From positions 1 through 36,074 of IMG/VR virus record IMGVR_UViG_3300020716_000019: 36,074 nt of DNA. One strand, given 5' to 3'. Made by a program: the position numbers and the translations under genes. Origin of the DNA: a virus. Its lineage: Duplodnaviria; Caudoviricetes. How positions within the stretch are numbered: the stretch's first letter is position 1; every line of letters begins with the position of its first letter. Below, piece after piece: positions 6,601-15,011 of this stretch. The notes under the pieces were generated by a model. The model worked only from the letters and a program-made list of their open reading frames with translations. It ran no database searches and was not told where the DNA came from.

Positions 6601-9344
6601 GCTTGGTCGCGCGTCAACCCGTGGTCAGCCATCATTTGCTTTGTCCACGCCGCAGCGTTGCGGACTCCGCGTTCAATCAGTGCCGCCCCCTTGACTGCGT
6701 AGGCTGAAAGCAACTGCGGATCAAGACCCGTGTTCAACCGCTTCCGGCCTTCCGCGATGATTTTATCTGCCCACGATTCAACTTCGGTGCCAGCGATGAT
6801 TCCGGCAGGCAATTCTTTTGTGCCGAGAGCTTTGTTGATGGCCTTGGTTGCGTCCTCGATGGACAGGCCGTGCTGGTCGCCACCGGCAAACATGCTCTGC
6901 TGGCCGCTCTTGTCCGTGCGCGATTCGCCGCCGAACATTTCCTTGGTCGTGTCGAGGTCTTTGCCGGTGAGTTTCGCTTTGGCCTTTTCCAGCATCGCGG
7001 CTCTGGCGTCCTGCTCGGCTTGCGTGCCTTTGGGGTTGTGTGATGGCTGGTCGTCGAAAGCAAAATCACCCGCCGCATATTTCGCAGAATCCAGCTTTTC
7101 AACATGGATGCTTTCTCCCGTCCGCAAAATCTGCAGGCCAAACGTCGAGCCGTCCTGCAAGGTCACGTCGCCCGTGTCGGGGTCAACTTCCTTTACCTTC
7201 ACGCGCTGTCCGCCGACTTCCATCACGTCGCCGACCTTCAACTGGTCTGGCGTCACGCGGATTTCACCCTGCGCGGTGGCCTTCTGCCAGTTGACGTGTT
7301 CCTGCGCCTCGGCCTGCATGGCGGCATCATTCGCCCGGCTCTGCTCGTAAGCGCCCGCGCGCTTTTCGCTGGCGGTGTGGATGGCGTCCCAGAGCGTTGA
7401 GACATCCGGTGATTTGATGATGCGGGCATCGTAAGCCGCCTGCGCCACCTGGTCGGGACGGGACTTGCCGCCGTAAATGACATTATGCGTCGGGCTTTTC
7501 AGCGGGGCGGCATCATCGTAAAGCGACTGGTTTTTCTGCCACCAATCTTTGCCGAGCGTGGCGCGGGCCTCGGACTTGGACATCATCCGCATGTTTTCCG
7601 CCATCCATGAAAGCACATCGGGACCGGCCATCTGCGTCACGTTGTCGAACACCTTGCGGGCACGCAGCCCGCGCGCGACGTTGACAGGCGCGGCCACTTG
7701 TGGTTGAGTTGGGGTGCTGACGGACTCTTTGCTCTGACCCGGTGATGGGGCACCAATCCCGCCAGCATTTTTCTTTTGCAGATCGGTCAACCGCGCCAAC
7801 TGCGCTTTATTTAGGCCGACGGCTTCCTGCACCGTTTCCAGCGCATTCTGTTCGTCGAGATCGGACTGATTCGGCTTGAAAGCAGATTGCGCCGGCGCGG
7901 GAGTCTCGCTCGCCACTGCCGGCGCGTTTTTTGGTGCTGAAACCGGCTGACCAGATTCGTCTTGGGGACGAGGTATGGCCACTTGATTTTCCACCGGTTT
8001 CAAATCAGAAGCAACCGGCGCGGGCGGTGTCGCCGTTCCCGCTGCCGGCTGTGAATTTTCCACGGGGGCGGGTTCTGCTGGCTGCGACTCCGAAGGCTTT
8101 TTGAACGGATTGGAAAGCTGTTCCTGCAATTTCTTCATCTGCGCGGCCAAGTCCACGACATCGGCTTTCGTGGCCGGTGCGGTCAGTTCGGCGGGCGGCG
8201 CGGCCGGTGGTTGTTCCCCAATCGCAGGAGCGGTTAGGCCAGCCGACTGCGCCGATTCCGCCTCCTTGGATTCCTGACGAAGCTTGTTCAACGAGGTGTT
8301 TATCTGGTCCACCGCGCCGTCGGGCGTCCGCACGGTCGGGTCAACCATATTCCCGGCGTCAGGAACTTGGTCGCTCGGTAGCGTGTCGAAGATGTTGGCG
8401 GAAGATGACGCCGGAGCTTCGCCCTGTGGGGCTGTGATTGGCTGCGCCTCTGGGGTGGCAGTCTGCTCCGGCGTGGCCGTGCGTTGATCCGCCGGGGCGG
8501 TCGTGGCATCCGGCAAAGTGGGTTCGGATTCTTTTCCAAACTGATGGCGCTCGCCCATGGTTCCCAGCAGGAACATCGAACCGACGTTGCCGACGGCATC
8601 AATCAGCGCGTTTTTGCGCTGGTCAGGCGGTAGCTGATAAATCTGGTGTAACTGGTCCGCGCCCAGCAACCCGGTTGCGCCAGTCGCGCCGCCCATTTTA
8701 TTGAGAGCGGCTTTGGCAAGGTCGCTCGTCACGCCTGCTTTGCTGGCCATAGCCTCGGCAATCGCGCCCGAGTATTTGCCGACGACCGGAAGCACGGCGG
8801 CAATCGCGGCTTGTTTCGGGTCAAAGCCTTCCGGCGTAGTGCCGAATGCGGCAACGCCTAAAACGGGGTCAGCCGCGAAAGCGGCCATCTGTGGCGCGCT
8901 CTCGACCAAGCCTTTTGCACCCGCCTCGATGATTCGCGCTGGTGTGGATTCGCCCGCCGTTGAATCCATCGGCATGGGCTGGTCTGTGAATGCCGCCCGC
9001 ACGTTTGGAAATGTCGGATTGCCTGCCGCCGCCTCGCCGATGTCTGCCATGCCACCGGCTAACGCCTTTCCTTCGCGCTGCAAACCTTTTCCAACCTCGC
9101 TGACAATGCCCGTTTCTGGCGCTGTTACCGCGCGCAAAAAATCCGCATCAGGATTGTTGGCCGGATTGGTGCCAACCAGTAACCCGCTGCCGAACTGGCT
9201 GGGCTGGCCGGTCAGCGTGCGTTGTAGCTTTGACGTGTCAAACGTCGGGATGCTGTCAAAGACATTCCCGGTCGAGATCGAGTCAAAGACATTCGCCGCG
9301 GTTGCCGGCGCGTCCGTCGGTATCGTGTCGAAGACGTTGGCCAT
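3618..9344 (-). CDS. Giant (1908 aa) internal virion / DNA ejection protein
   Basis: Last gene of the podoviral structural operon. N-terminal NVFD repeats, Ala/Gly hydrophobic segments, Pro/Ala linker and a helical C-terminal region. Confidence 0.75.
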   Translation of the reverse strand: MANVFDTIPTDAPATAANVFDSISTGNVFDSIPTFDTSKLQRTLTGQPSQFGSGLLVGTNPANNPDADFLRAVTAPETGIVSEVGKGLQREGKALAGGMADIGEAAAGNPTFPNVRAAFTDQPMPMDSTAGESTPARIIEAGAKGLVESAPQMAAFAADPVLGVAAFGTTPEGFDPKQAAIAAVLPVVGKYSGAIAEAMASKAGVTSDLAKAALNKMGGATGATGLLGADQLHQIYQLPPDQRKNALIDAVGNVGSMFLLGTMGERHQFGKESEPTLPDATTAPADQRTATPEQTATPEAQPITAPQGEAPASSSANIFDTLPSDQVPDAGNMVDPTVRTPDGAVDQINTSLNKLRQESKEAESAQSAGLTAPAIGEQPPAAPPAELTAPATKADVVDLAAQMKKLQEQLSNPFKKPSESQPAEPAPVENSQPAAGTATPPAPVASDLKPVENQVAIPRPQDESGQPVSAPKNAPAVASETPAPAQSAFKPNQSDLDEQNALETVQEAVGLNKAQLARLTDLQKKNAGGIGAPSPGQSKESVSTPTQPQVAAPVNVARGLRARKVFDNVTQMAGPDVLSWMAENMRMMSKSEARATLGKDWWQKNQSLYDDAAPLKSPTHNVIYGGKSRPDQVAQAAYDARIIKSPDVSTLWDAIHTASEKRAGAYEQSRANDAAMQAEAQEHVNWQKATAQGEIRVTPDQLKVGDVMEVGGQRVKVKEVDPDTGDVTLQDGSTFGLQILRTGESIHVEKLDSAKYAAGDFAFDDQPSHNPKGTQAEQDARAAMLEKAKAKLTGKDLDTTKEMFGGESRTDKSGQQSMFAGGDQHGLSIEDATKAINKALGTKELPAGIIAGTEVESWADKIIAEGRKRLNTGLDPQLLSAYAVKGAALIERGVRNAAAWTKQMMADHGLTRDQALRVWIVSKRLLDKGRQTDTRKIIEMATGLDPESSAKPMTQKDVAAIQSKAAAQAFKAGAKAGAETVKNEPENITLKQRINQSAETQMPIEEGRTKAEALQDKLADSVAKSEALKEYYAGQERASATGAEAARRDLKMADNWSAADAYQIRKSLLDLVNTLPLSERGRFNSAITDAMQRPPLLSPNSDAMYKRASTVAARIMDRAEELHRDGVISDIRKAVDKAVKSPSVDVVYKSKILGVIRRVGLKSLSDAKESALKATRDYIARVGEQNTVPDAIVRQIDLLSKTPAKDLPINVLESIRDQVNLYDHLGRTMVRVRESLYNSERDALAKDMSGSTSHALNPALQTRSPGMELSLGDRIQQAAGNKIRSAWDFAKRTGRAITGRDVMLDVLDGDAGYKGALNRIIGGRLDADYNTEMNLRKTLHEPFENLTKELGSYSKNELERISIYAIDKEAGGTDRLKASGVLPETIKRINATLTPKEMAFYKTARKLFDEQVFPALKKFMRENYNVDVQPVENYWPFQRDHTLIDDDKKPTTPIEGKEGNAVGFQEMATPNQLLADLVPRRTTKTEQGMTIERLPEAQGAVKLNAAEVVNRHLNTFAHLISSQRNLKMIGELTRQDFFKQKYGTLGRDYVQSLLDTVARNSAPAGSTRTAWIDGLTKNTSVGIIGLRLLSQLKHLPNAAFSMKNVRWDYLVRGLVDSFTPEGKAFIQKNFAEIFNRFGGEPAIEDLMEGSGLRKAQAATFFVERALDSLNARATVLGRYMDEMAQRGIDPRNIYDAPVDKEAQRMALLISRQSVTSPLLKDQPQAITRGALTGNNMSYARALFQFQSTMLRQTAYLKHDIFDLGIKKLDAGQLTGATLAFLAMLYAETTIVQANKKLIGSQRPEKEKESVEHGIVIEGLKRVPFAGNAVSMAEYGETGVPIADTLIHGVRAAGKLIENKGDFGQKLSPREATKAKVDALTFGGEAAGVPGASTAGEIYKNRIMPPAKK

Positions 9345-9347
9345 AAA

Positions 9348-10325
9348 TTATTGTTGGCCGGGCAGCGGTGCGGGCATTTGGCTGGGCATCGAAATTTGAA
9401 AACCGCCCCCACCGGGAATCGGCTGTTGCGCTTTCAAGTATTGGTCCGCTGCCCCCGCGCCATACTTCGCATCGAACTGCGGAGCCGCCTGCGGGTTGGC
9501 CTGCAAATAAGCGATGTGCGCTGCCGGCGGGGTCGCTGTGGTTGCGGCCGGTGCGGTCGCGCTCGACGGCATGGCAAACGATTTTGTCATGGTGTTTGTC
9601 AGCGAAACCGGCGCGTTCGTGCTGCCCAACGGCGGCGGCACTTGACGCACGGTTTGGACTATTTGATTTGGCTTCAACGCCACGGCCGGCGCGGTGGTTT
9701 TCAACGATGCCGCCAAGTTGGCTTTCAACTGGTCGGCTAAAGCTTGGTCTTGTGGGTCGCCTGATTCATCTGCTTTGCGCTGCGCCGCGTCCCATGCCTC
9801 AATCTGCGTTTGCACCGCACCGGTCTTGCCGCCGGCAACGTGCGCCTGCACCGCCGCCGCCACGGCGTTCCAATCACCGTCGCCATTGTAAAGCGCATTC
9901 ACCTGCGGATTTTGCAGCACAGTGGTTTTGATGTTGTCCGGCAAACCGTCAATGGACTGCTGCAAATACGCGGTTTTATCTTCGGGCGTCAGGCTCTTGT
10001 CCACGCTCATGCCCTGCATTCCCTTGGTGATGTTGGCCTGCGCCGTCTGCAAATCCTGATACGCCGATTGCACACCGTATTTCTTTTCGATGGCATCCAG
10101 CTTTTGACTGGAAGCTGCGGCCATGTTCTGTTGGCCTTCCTCCATGTTGTTGTAATGCTGCATCTGGGCATCACGAAACGCCTGTTCCACGTCCGTGCGT
10201 TTGCTTTCCTGCGCCAGTTGCGCCGCGCGATACGCCGCTTCGATCTGCATTTGGCGTTGTTGCTGCGCCGCGTTGCCGAGGTTTTGCAGCGAATTTTGAA
10301 GCATTTCAGCGGATGCGATATTCAT
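9348..10325 (-). CDS. Internal virion / ejection protein (Gln/Ala-rich coiled coil)
   Basis: ATG at 10325 (MNIASAEM). Lies between the pilot-like proteins and the giant protein. C-terminal PPAAHIAYLQANP...FDAKYGAGAA module. Confidence 0.7.
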   Translation of the reverse strand: MNIASAEMLQNSLQNLGNAAQQQRQMQIEAAYRAAQLAQESKRTDVEQAFRDAQMQHYNNMEEGQQNMAAASSQKLDAIEKKYGVQSAYQDLQTAQANITKGMQGMSVDKSLTPEDKTAYLQQSIDGLPDNIKTTVLQNPQVNALYNGDGDWNAVAAAVQAHVAGGKTGAVQTQIEAWDAAQRKADESGDPQDQALADQLKANLAASLKTTAPAVALKPNQIVQTVRQVPPPLGSTNAPVSLTNTMTKSFAMPSSATAPAATTATPPAAHIAYLQANPQAAPQFDAKYGAGAADQYLKAQQPIPGGGGFQISMPSQMPAPLPGQQ

Positions 10326-10338
10326 AGTTGTTTTTGAG

Positions 10339-11451
10339 TTACGATGCCGGTGTCGTCGGAGCAAATAAACCCATCTTACCGAGGGCACTTCCGGTATTGA
10401 TGAGCGATGACAAACCCGTCATCCACGGATTCGCCTGGTTGGAATTAAATTGGTTCGTGGTGTTCGCGTTCTGGATGGCCACGGCGTTTGCGGCCTGCGT
10501 CTGGTCACCGGGCAGCACCGGCAAAGCGCCGGCCGTGGCGTTCGGCGTCGGGCCGTTCTGCGCGCCGGACATGGCTCCGAACTGGCTTTGCGGCGTCTTG
10601 CCGCTGACTTCCGCCGACAGGTTGCCAAGATTCTGCTGCTCGCGCCGGTAAGCAATGTCTTCCGGCGATGAACCGCTGGAAAGAAAACCCATTGCCGCCT
10701 GCGCTGCGTTGGCTTGCCGCTGTTCGCCCGCAAAGCCGGTCGTCAGTGGCGCGGCAAAGTCCGTTGCCGGTCCTGCGCCGCCGCGGTCACCCTGCGCGCT
10801 CGCCACGGCGGCATCTAGCCGCGCTTGGTCAATGCCTGTCAGAGAATGGTTGTTGGCCGCGTCCAGCGATTCCTGCACCTGACTGTTGAGCATGTCGCTT
10901 ACCGGTGAATTGACGGGCCGATTGATCTGGTCCTGAATCAACTTAGATTCTTGGGCGTGCGCGGCAAAACTTTGCGGGTCGGCCAACTGCTGCTGTTTCA
11001 ACGCCTCGGCGATGAATTGCGGATCCATCTTCTGCGACAATGCAAGTTGATTGGCCGCGTTTTTGTTCGCGGTCGCCCCCTGCACGTCCGCCGCGCCAAA
11101 ACCCTTGAAATTGGCCGTGTAAGTGCCGTCGGGATTTTTAACTATGGGCGCGCCATTGTAAGTCGTCTTGCCGTTTTTCTGGACCAAACCGGGGATGGAA
11201 CCTAACTGCTGGCTCATCGAGCCATCCGGCAAAGAAAACGTGTATTCTCCGCCCATCTGCTGGGCTGCGGTCATGCCGCGTTGAATCGGCAGGATGGCAG
11301 CATTCGTGTCCGACATCGCCGCGCTGCTCGCGGTAAGGTTGGGTTGCGCGCCAGCAGCGGCATTGTTGGATGCCACGGCGATGCCGGCGCTGGTGCCCAT
11401 CGCCGCCACGCCCAGCGCAATTTCTGCCACGGTAGATGCAGCCCATGCCAT
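10339..11451 (-). CDS. Pilot/ejection protein, paralog 2
   Basis: Ala/Gly/Gln-rich with a hydrophobic N-terminus. Aligns by eye with 11902-12912. Confidence 0.7.
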   Translation of the reverse strand: MAWAASTVAEIALGVAAMGTSAGIAVASNNAAAGAQPNLTASSAAMSDTNAAILPIQRGMTAAQQMGGEYTFSLPDGSMSQQLGSIPGLVQKNGKTTYNGAPIVKNPDGTYTANFKGFGAADVQGATANKNAANQLALSQKMDPQFIAEALKQQQLADPQSFAAHAQESKLIQDQINRPVNSPVSDMLNSQVQESLDAANNHSLTGIDQARLDAAVASAQGDRGGAGPATDFAAPLTTGFAGEQRQANAAQAAMGFLSSGSSPEDIAYRREQQNLGNLSAEVSGKTPQSQFGAMSGAQNGPTPNATAGALPVLPGDQTQAANAVAIQNANTTNQFNSNQANPWMTGLSSLINTGSALGKMGLFAPTTPAS

Positions 11452-11452
11452 A

Positions 11453-11905
11453 TTATTGTGCTCCTTTCAAAAGTTGTTTTTCATGCTCCAAAAACGCCGC
11501 GCTTTTTTCAATAAACAGCGTTTCCAGTTTGTCCATGTCCGTTTCGTCCGTCGGGTTGGCGTGGACATTGGCCCAGCGCGTGTCTTCCACCGCATAAACG
11601 AGTTTGCGCGTGCCAGGTGCCGAGACAAACACCTGTGGCGCTTCCAACTCGATCACCTTGCCGTCAGACAGGACCCGCACGCGGCCGGACAACATTACAT
11701 TCACATGCTCGGTTTTGTGCTGATGACCGATGGCAAAAACGCCTTTGGGAATAAATAATTCCCGCCAGTAAATGCCCTTGCTAAAAAGGTTGGTCACCGG
11801 GCATGGGACTTGCGGCAGCTTGAGACAGCCGGCTTCCACCTGCTCGACCTTTTCCATCGTTGGGAAGGTCGGCACAACTTCGGCAATGGCGGTTTCAGTG
11901 TTCAT
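11453..11905 (-). CDS. Cupin-fold protein
   Basis: GIYWRELFIPKG..GHQHKTEHVNVMLSGRVRV..APQVFVSAPG..NVH. ATGA overlap with the upstream gene. Confidence 0.75.
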   Translation of the reverse strand: MNTETAIAEVVPTFPTMEKVEQVEAGCLKLPQVPCPVTNLFSKGIYWRELFIPKGVFAIGHQHKTEHVNVMLSGRVRVLSDGKVIELEAPQVFVSAPGTRKLVYAVEDTRWANVHANPTDETDMDKLETLFIEKSAAFLEHEKQLLKGAQ

Positions 11906-12912
11906 CCGGCGACGGCTCCTGATGCGTAGTTTGCGGCTGTGGCTGGCGCGCCCGTTGGCGTTGATCCGTAACCCATGCCGGCGACTGGCGAAACGACCGG
12001 TGCGCTCGGACGAAACAATCCCATGCTGTTTGCCGCCGACAGCGCATTGATCCCCGTCGAAAGACCGGTGGTCCAAGGGTTCGCCTGGGTGTTTGCCCAA
12101 TTCACGTTTCCGCTGTAAATGTCCGCCGCGTTCTGCATCCCGTTCAACGCCGCATTCGGGTTCATGCTCGGTGACGACACCGTGCCCGTAGTGAATGGTG
12201 CCGCGCCTGACTGCGCGCCGCTCAACGATGAAAACTGCGCTTCCGGCGTCGTGCCGCTGATGGCATTGCCGAGGTTGGAAAGGCTCTGTTGAATCCGGCG
12301 GTAAGTGACATCTTCCGGCGAAACCCCGCTTTGCAGGAATCCAAGCGCCTTCTGCTGGCGCTGCGTCTGCATCTGGTCGCCCGTGTTGACGATGGCGGAA
12401 GCCTCCTGATTCGTCGGCGCATTGCCGAGAAAAATGCCGTTGGCCACCTGATTACCACGCACGCCCTGTTGCACCGCTTCCGTCTCGCTGCCGGGGCCGG
12501 TGGAAAGGTTGCTGCCCTGACCAAGCAGATTGGTGACTTGATTCTGCAAGTCCGCCGACATCGGCCGGTTTGGATTCGCCTGCGAGTCAGCCAGAATCTT
12601 ATCGAACAACTGTGCTCGAGCCGCGTAGCCGGTCGGGTCGGATTGTTTCAGGTCGGCTATACGCTGCGCCACATAAGCCCCGCCGTAATTCTTTTGCAGG
12701 TCCAGCATCGTCTGCGCCATCTGGCTGGAAACCTTGGCATTCTGATCGGCATTGCCAAGCCCGGTGAAGTCGTAAGTCTTGCCGTTGATGGTCGCTTTTC
12801 CACCCATCTGCGCCAAGGCATCAATCTGCGCCTTGAACGGGTAGTTTGCCACGTCCTGAATCGCGCCGGCCTGCGCGGCTTTATTTGGATCCGGTATTGA
12901 AGGCGTGTCCAT
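11902..12912 (-). CDS. Pilot/ejection protein, paralog 1
   Basis: ATG at 12912 preceded by GGAGG. N-terminal PSIPDP. Gln/Ala/Gly-rich. Confidence 0.7.
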   Translation of the reverse strand: MDTPSIPDPNKAAQAGAIQDVANYPFKAQIDALAQMGGKATINGKTYDFTGLGNADQNAKVSSQMAQTMLDLQKNYGGAYVAQRIADLKQSDPTGYAARAQLFDKILADSQANPNRPMSADLQNQVTNLLGQGSNLSTGPGSETEAVQQGVRGNQVANGIFLGNAPTNQEASAIVNTGDQMQTQRQQKALGFLQSGVSPEDVTYRRIQQSLSNLGNAISGTTPEAQFSSLSGAQSGAAPFTTGTVSSPSMNPNAALNGMQNAADIYSGNVNWANTQANPWTTGLSTGINALSAANSMGLFRPSAPVVSPVAGMGYGSTPTGAPATAANYASGAVAG

Positions 12913-12930
12913 TAGACTGCCCTCCAAGGT

Positions 12931-13386
12931 TTAAGTGGTTCCATAGGTAAATCGTCGCAAACTGGGCCAAGTTATCTCGCTCAACTTCGGCTTCCCGTCA
13001 CGGTGCCGATAAGTGAACAACCGAGGCGATTCCGGTATGTGCGCCGTTACCTGCTGCAAAATCTGCGGCATCCATCGGCGTTCGCCGATGACCGCCCCGA
13101 TCAAAACCGCGTCACCGCCGGCCGGTGGCATCTGCCAAAAGAACTGCGGCAACCCCGCCGCTTCTCTGGCCAATAAATCGCATGAATGTTCCCGCCAGAC
13201 AAACACAACCATTTGAACCCCGCCGGATTCGTCGCGCTGCACAAACAGCGAACCGTTGAGCAGATGAAACGCCACATATTTGAACAGCGTTGCCGGCGTC
13301 ATGCCCGCAAAACATTTGCCGCGCTTTTCCAGACAGAAAATCGCCAGCACCCGAATCTTATTCGCCAGTTGTTGGTGAACATTCAT
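12931..13386 (-). CDS. GNAT/HlyC-like acyltransferase-fold protein (T7 gp13 / P22 gp14 position)
   Basis: Lies between the nozzle and the ejection genes. The pattern LFVQRD..GGDAVLIGAVIG..LFTYR recalls HlyC (GDRxWFIDWIA..LFRAIR). Confidence 0.45.
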   Translation of the reverse strand: MNVHQQLANKIRVLAIFCLEKRGKCFAGMTPATLFKYVAFHLLNGSLFVQRDESGGVQMVVFVWREHSCDLLAREAAGLPQFFWQMPPAGGDAVLIGAVIGERRWMPQILQQVTAHIPESPRLFTYRHRDGKPKLSEITWPSLRRFTYGTT

Positions 13387-15008
13387 CCTTTGAGCGCGTC
13401 CAGAAACGCGGCAACTGTGATGTTGCGGAGTTTGAAAAATCCGCTCGCCGTGCTGATGGACAGATACATTTCGTTGAACGACGGCAGCGAACGCAAACTT
13501 TTCTGCACCATGACCGGCTTGATGCTTGCGAGCTGGAACGGGCCGAGGTGTCCGATGCCCAGAATGTCGCCCGTTGCCACAAAGTTTTCTTGGAATGTCA
13601 GCGACGTTGACAAATCCATGACCACGCCGAGCGTCACCGTGGAATAGCCTGCCGTGAACCGCAGCACGCAGTTGTAAGCGGATTTGTTGTTCACCGCCTG
13701 CATGAACTGGAAAGAGCGCGTCCAGATCGTCGTCGGGATGTTCGCCCCGTTATCGAGATACGTTTTCGGGTTGGTGTTGTCCGCCGTGTCTTTCCAGTAA
13801 TTTACCAGGCCGGCGCTGTCGCCAAACAAAAGCTGTTCGGTCGCGTTAAACCGGCTCTTGCAAAACGCCGTCGGCGTCCAGCCCGTCCAACAGCCCAGCC
13901 ACGACATCAGCCGCGTGTTGTAAACCAGCGTCGCGTTATTTGTCGTGCTGCTGTCCAAGGGCACGGAAAACATCACCAGTTCCTTGTAGGACGTTGCCTG
14001 AATGTTCTGCTTGAACGCGGGATTGATGCGGTTGATGTATTGTTGAACCGGCTGGCTGATTGGCGCGGACAACTGCCACTGGTTCGCCGCCGATTGCATC
14101 CGCTGCAAACTCCGCACGCCGTCTTGCGCCATAAAAAAGACATCATTCGCCACCGAGGCCACGGCGCGTTTGCCCACGCAACCCACACCGAAGCCGAGCG
14201 ATTCAACCACCGTTGACGCCTGAAAGTTGGCCGGCTCGGCGGTCGGGTCCGTGGAACAGATCCAAATGCTGTTGGCCTTGAACACCGCCAGCATGAAACC
14301 CTGCATCGAAGCCAGCGCCATGATCGGGTCGCCATCGCCCGAACCCACGCGGAAACTGCGCGTCGTGAGGTTCCATTGGCCATTGCCGAACGCCAGCAGA
14401 TTGCTGACCGCCACCGTGTCACGCGGGACCGCGCCGCCGCTGATGCCGGCGAATCCGGCGGCGAACATGCGGCCGGTGTGCCAGCAAAGAATGTTCGCGC
14501 CCACGGGCGGGTCGCTGGCCCCCGTCGTGCAGGTCGTCAAATTCAGATTGGCGTCAAGGATGGCCAAGGCGTTCGTGCCGTCCGAAATCAGCACCGTGTC
14601 AACGCCCTGTTTCATCTCCACCATCGTGTTGTTCGCCGCCGTGTAAACGCCGGTGGTATTCTGCCAAGATTGATTCTGGCCGGCGCACGCCTTCAAAATG
14701 CCGTTGCAGATCGAGAGAATATATTTGTTCGTCGGCGTGTCAAAATACGTCAGCGATTCCACCGGGTAAGCCGCAATGAGCGGGGCAAAGCTATCTGCGC
14801 CGGGCCGCGTCCATGCCTCGTAATTGTCCCGCACCAGAATGTTGATAAGCTTCTGGCATTGGTTCGGCGCAATGAGTGTCGAGCGCGGATAATCGTTTTC
14901 GCCACCGGAAAAATCAATCACCTGCTCATACACTGGATCGTCGTCGAGTCCATCAATCTGCCAGATGGGCTTGCCGTAGAGCTGCAGGTTTGATGAATCA
15001 GTGGACAT
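13383..15008 (-). CDS. Tail nozzle / tail tubular protein B-like beta-propeller
   Basis: DFSGG near the N-terminus, GRMFAAG, GVGCVGKRAV, VFFMAQDGVRSL, ISQPVQ. Size and synteny fit. Confidence 0.8.
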   Translation of the reverse strand: MSTDSSNLQLYGKPIWQIDGLDDDPVYEQVIDFSGGENDYPRSTLIAPNQCQKLINILVRDNYEAWTRPGADSFAPLIAAYPVESLTYFDTPTNKYILSICNGILKACAGQNQSWQNTTGVYTAANNTMVEMKQGVDTVLISDGTNALAILDANLNLTTCTTGASDPPVGANILCWHTGRMFAAGFAGISGGAVPRDTVAVSNLLAFGNGQWNLTTRSFRVGSGDGDPIMALASMQGFMLAVFKANSIWICSTDPTAEPANFQASTVVESLGFGVGCVGKRAVASVANDVFFMAQDGVRSLQRMQSAANQWQLSAPISQPVQQYINRINPAFKQNIQATSYKELVMFSVPLDSSTTNNATLVYNTRLMSWLGCWTGWTPTAFCKSRFNATEQLLFGDSAGLVNYWKDTADNTNPKTYLDNGANIPTTIWTRSFQFMQAVNNKSAYNCVLRFTAGYSTVTLGVVMDLSTSLTFQENFVATGDILGIGHLGPFQLASIKPVMVQKSLRSLPSFNEMYLSISTASGFFKLRNITVAAFLDALKG

Positions 15009-15011
15009 TTT

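Noticed and set aside
3753-9399. Long + strand ORFs opposite the giant gene (e.g. 4692-5630, 8701-9399), and likewise 25721-26503 and 27772-28962
   Set aside because: Typical antisense shadows of GC-rich coding sequence, with no motifs and atypical composition.
12912-12944. 10-codon ORF MEPLKPWRAV* coupled by TAATG to the pilot gene
   Set aside because: Too short to support. The GGAGG it contains is adequately explained as the pilot gene's ribosome-binding site.
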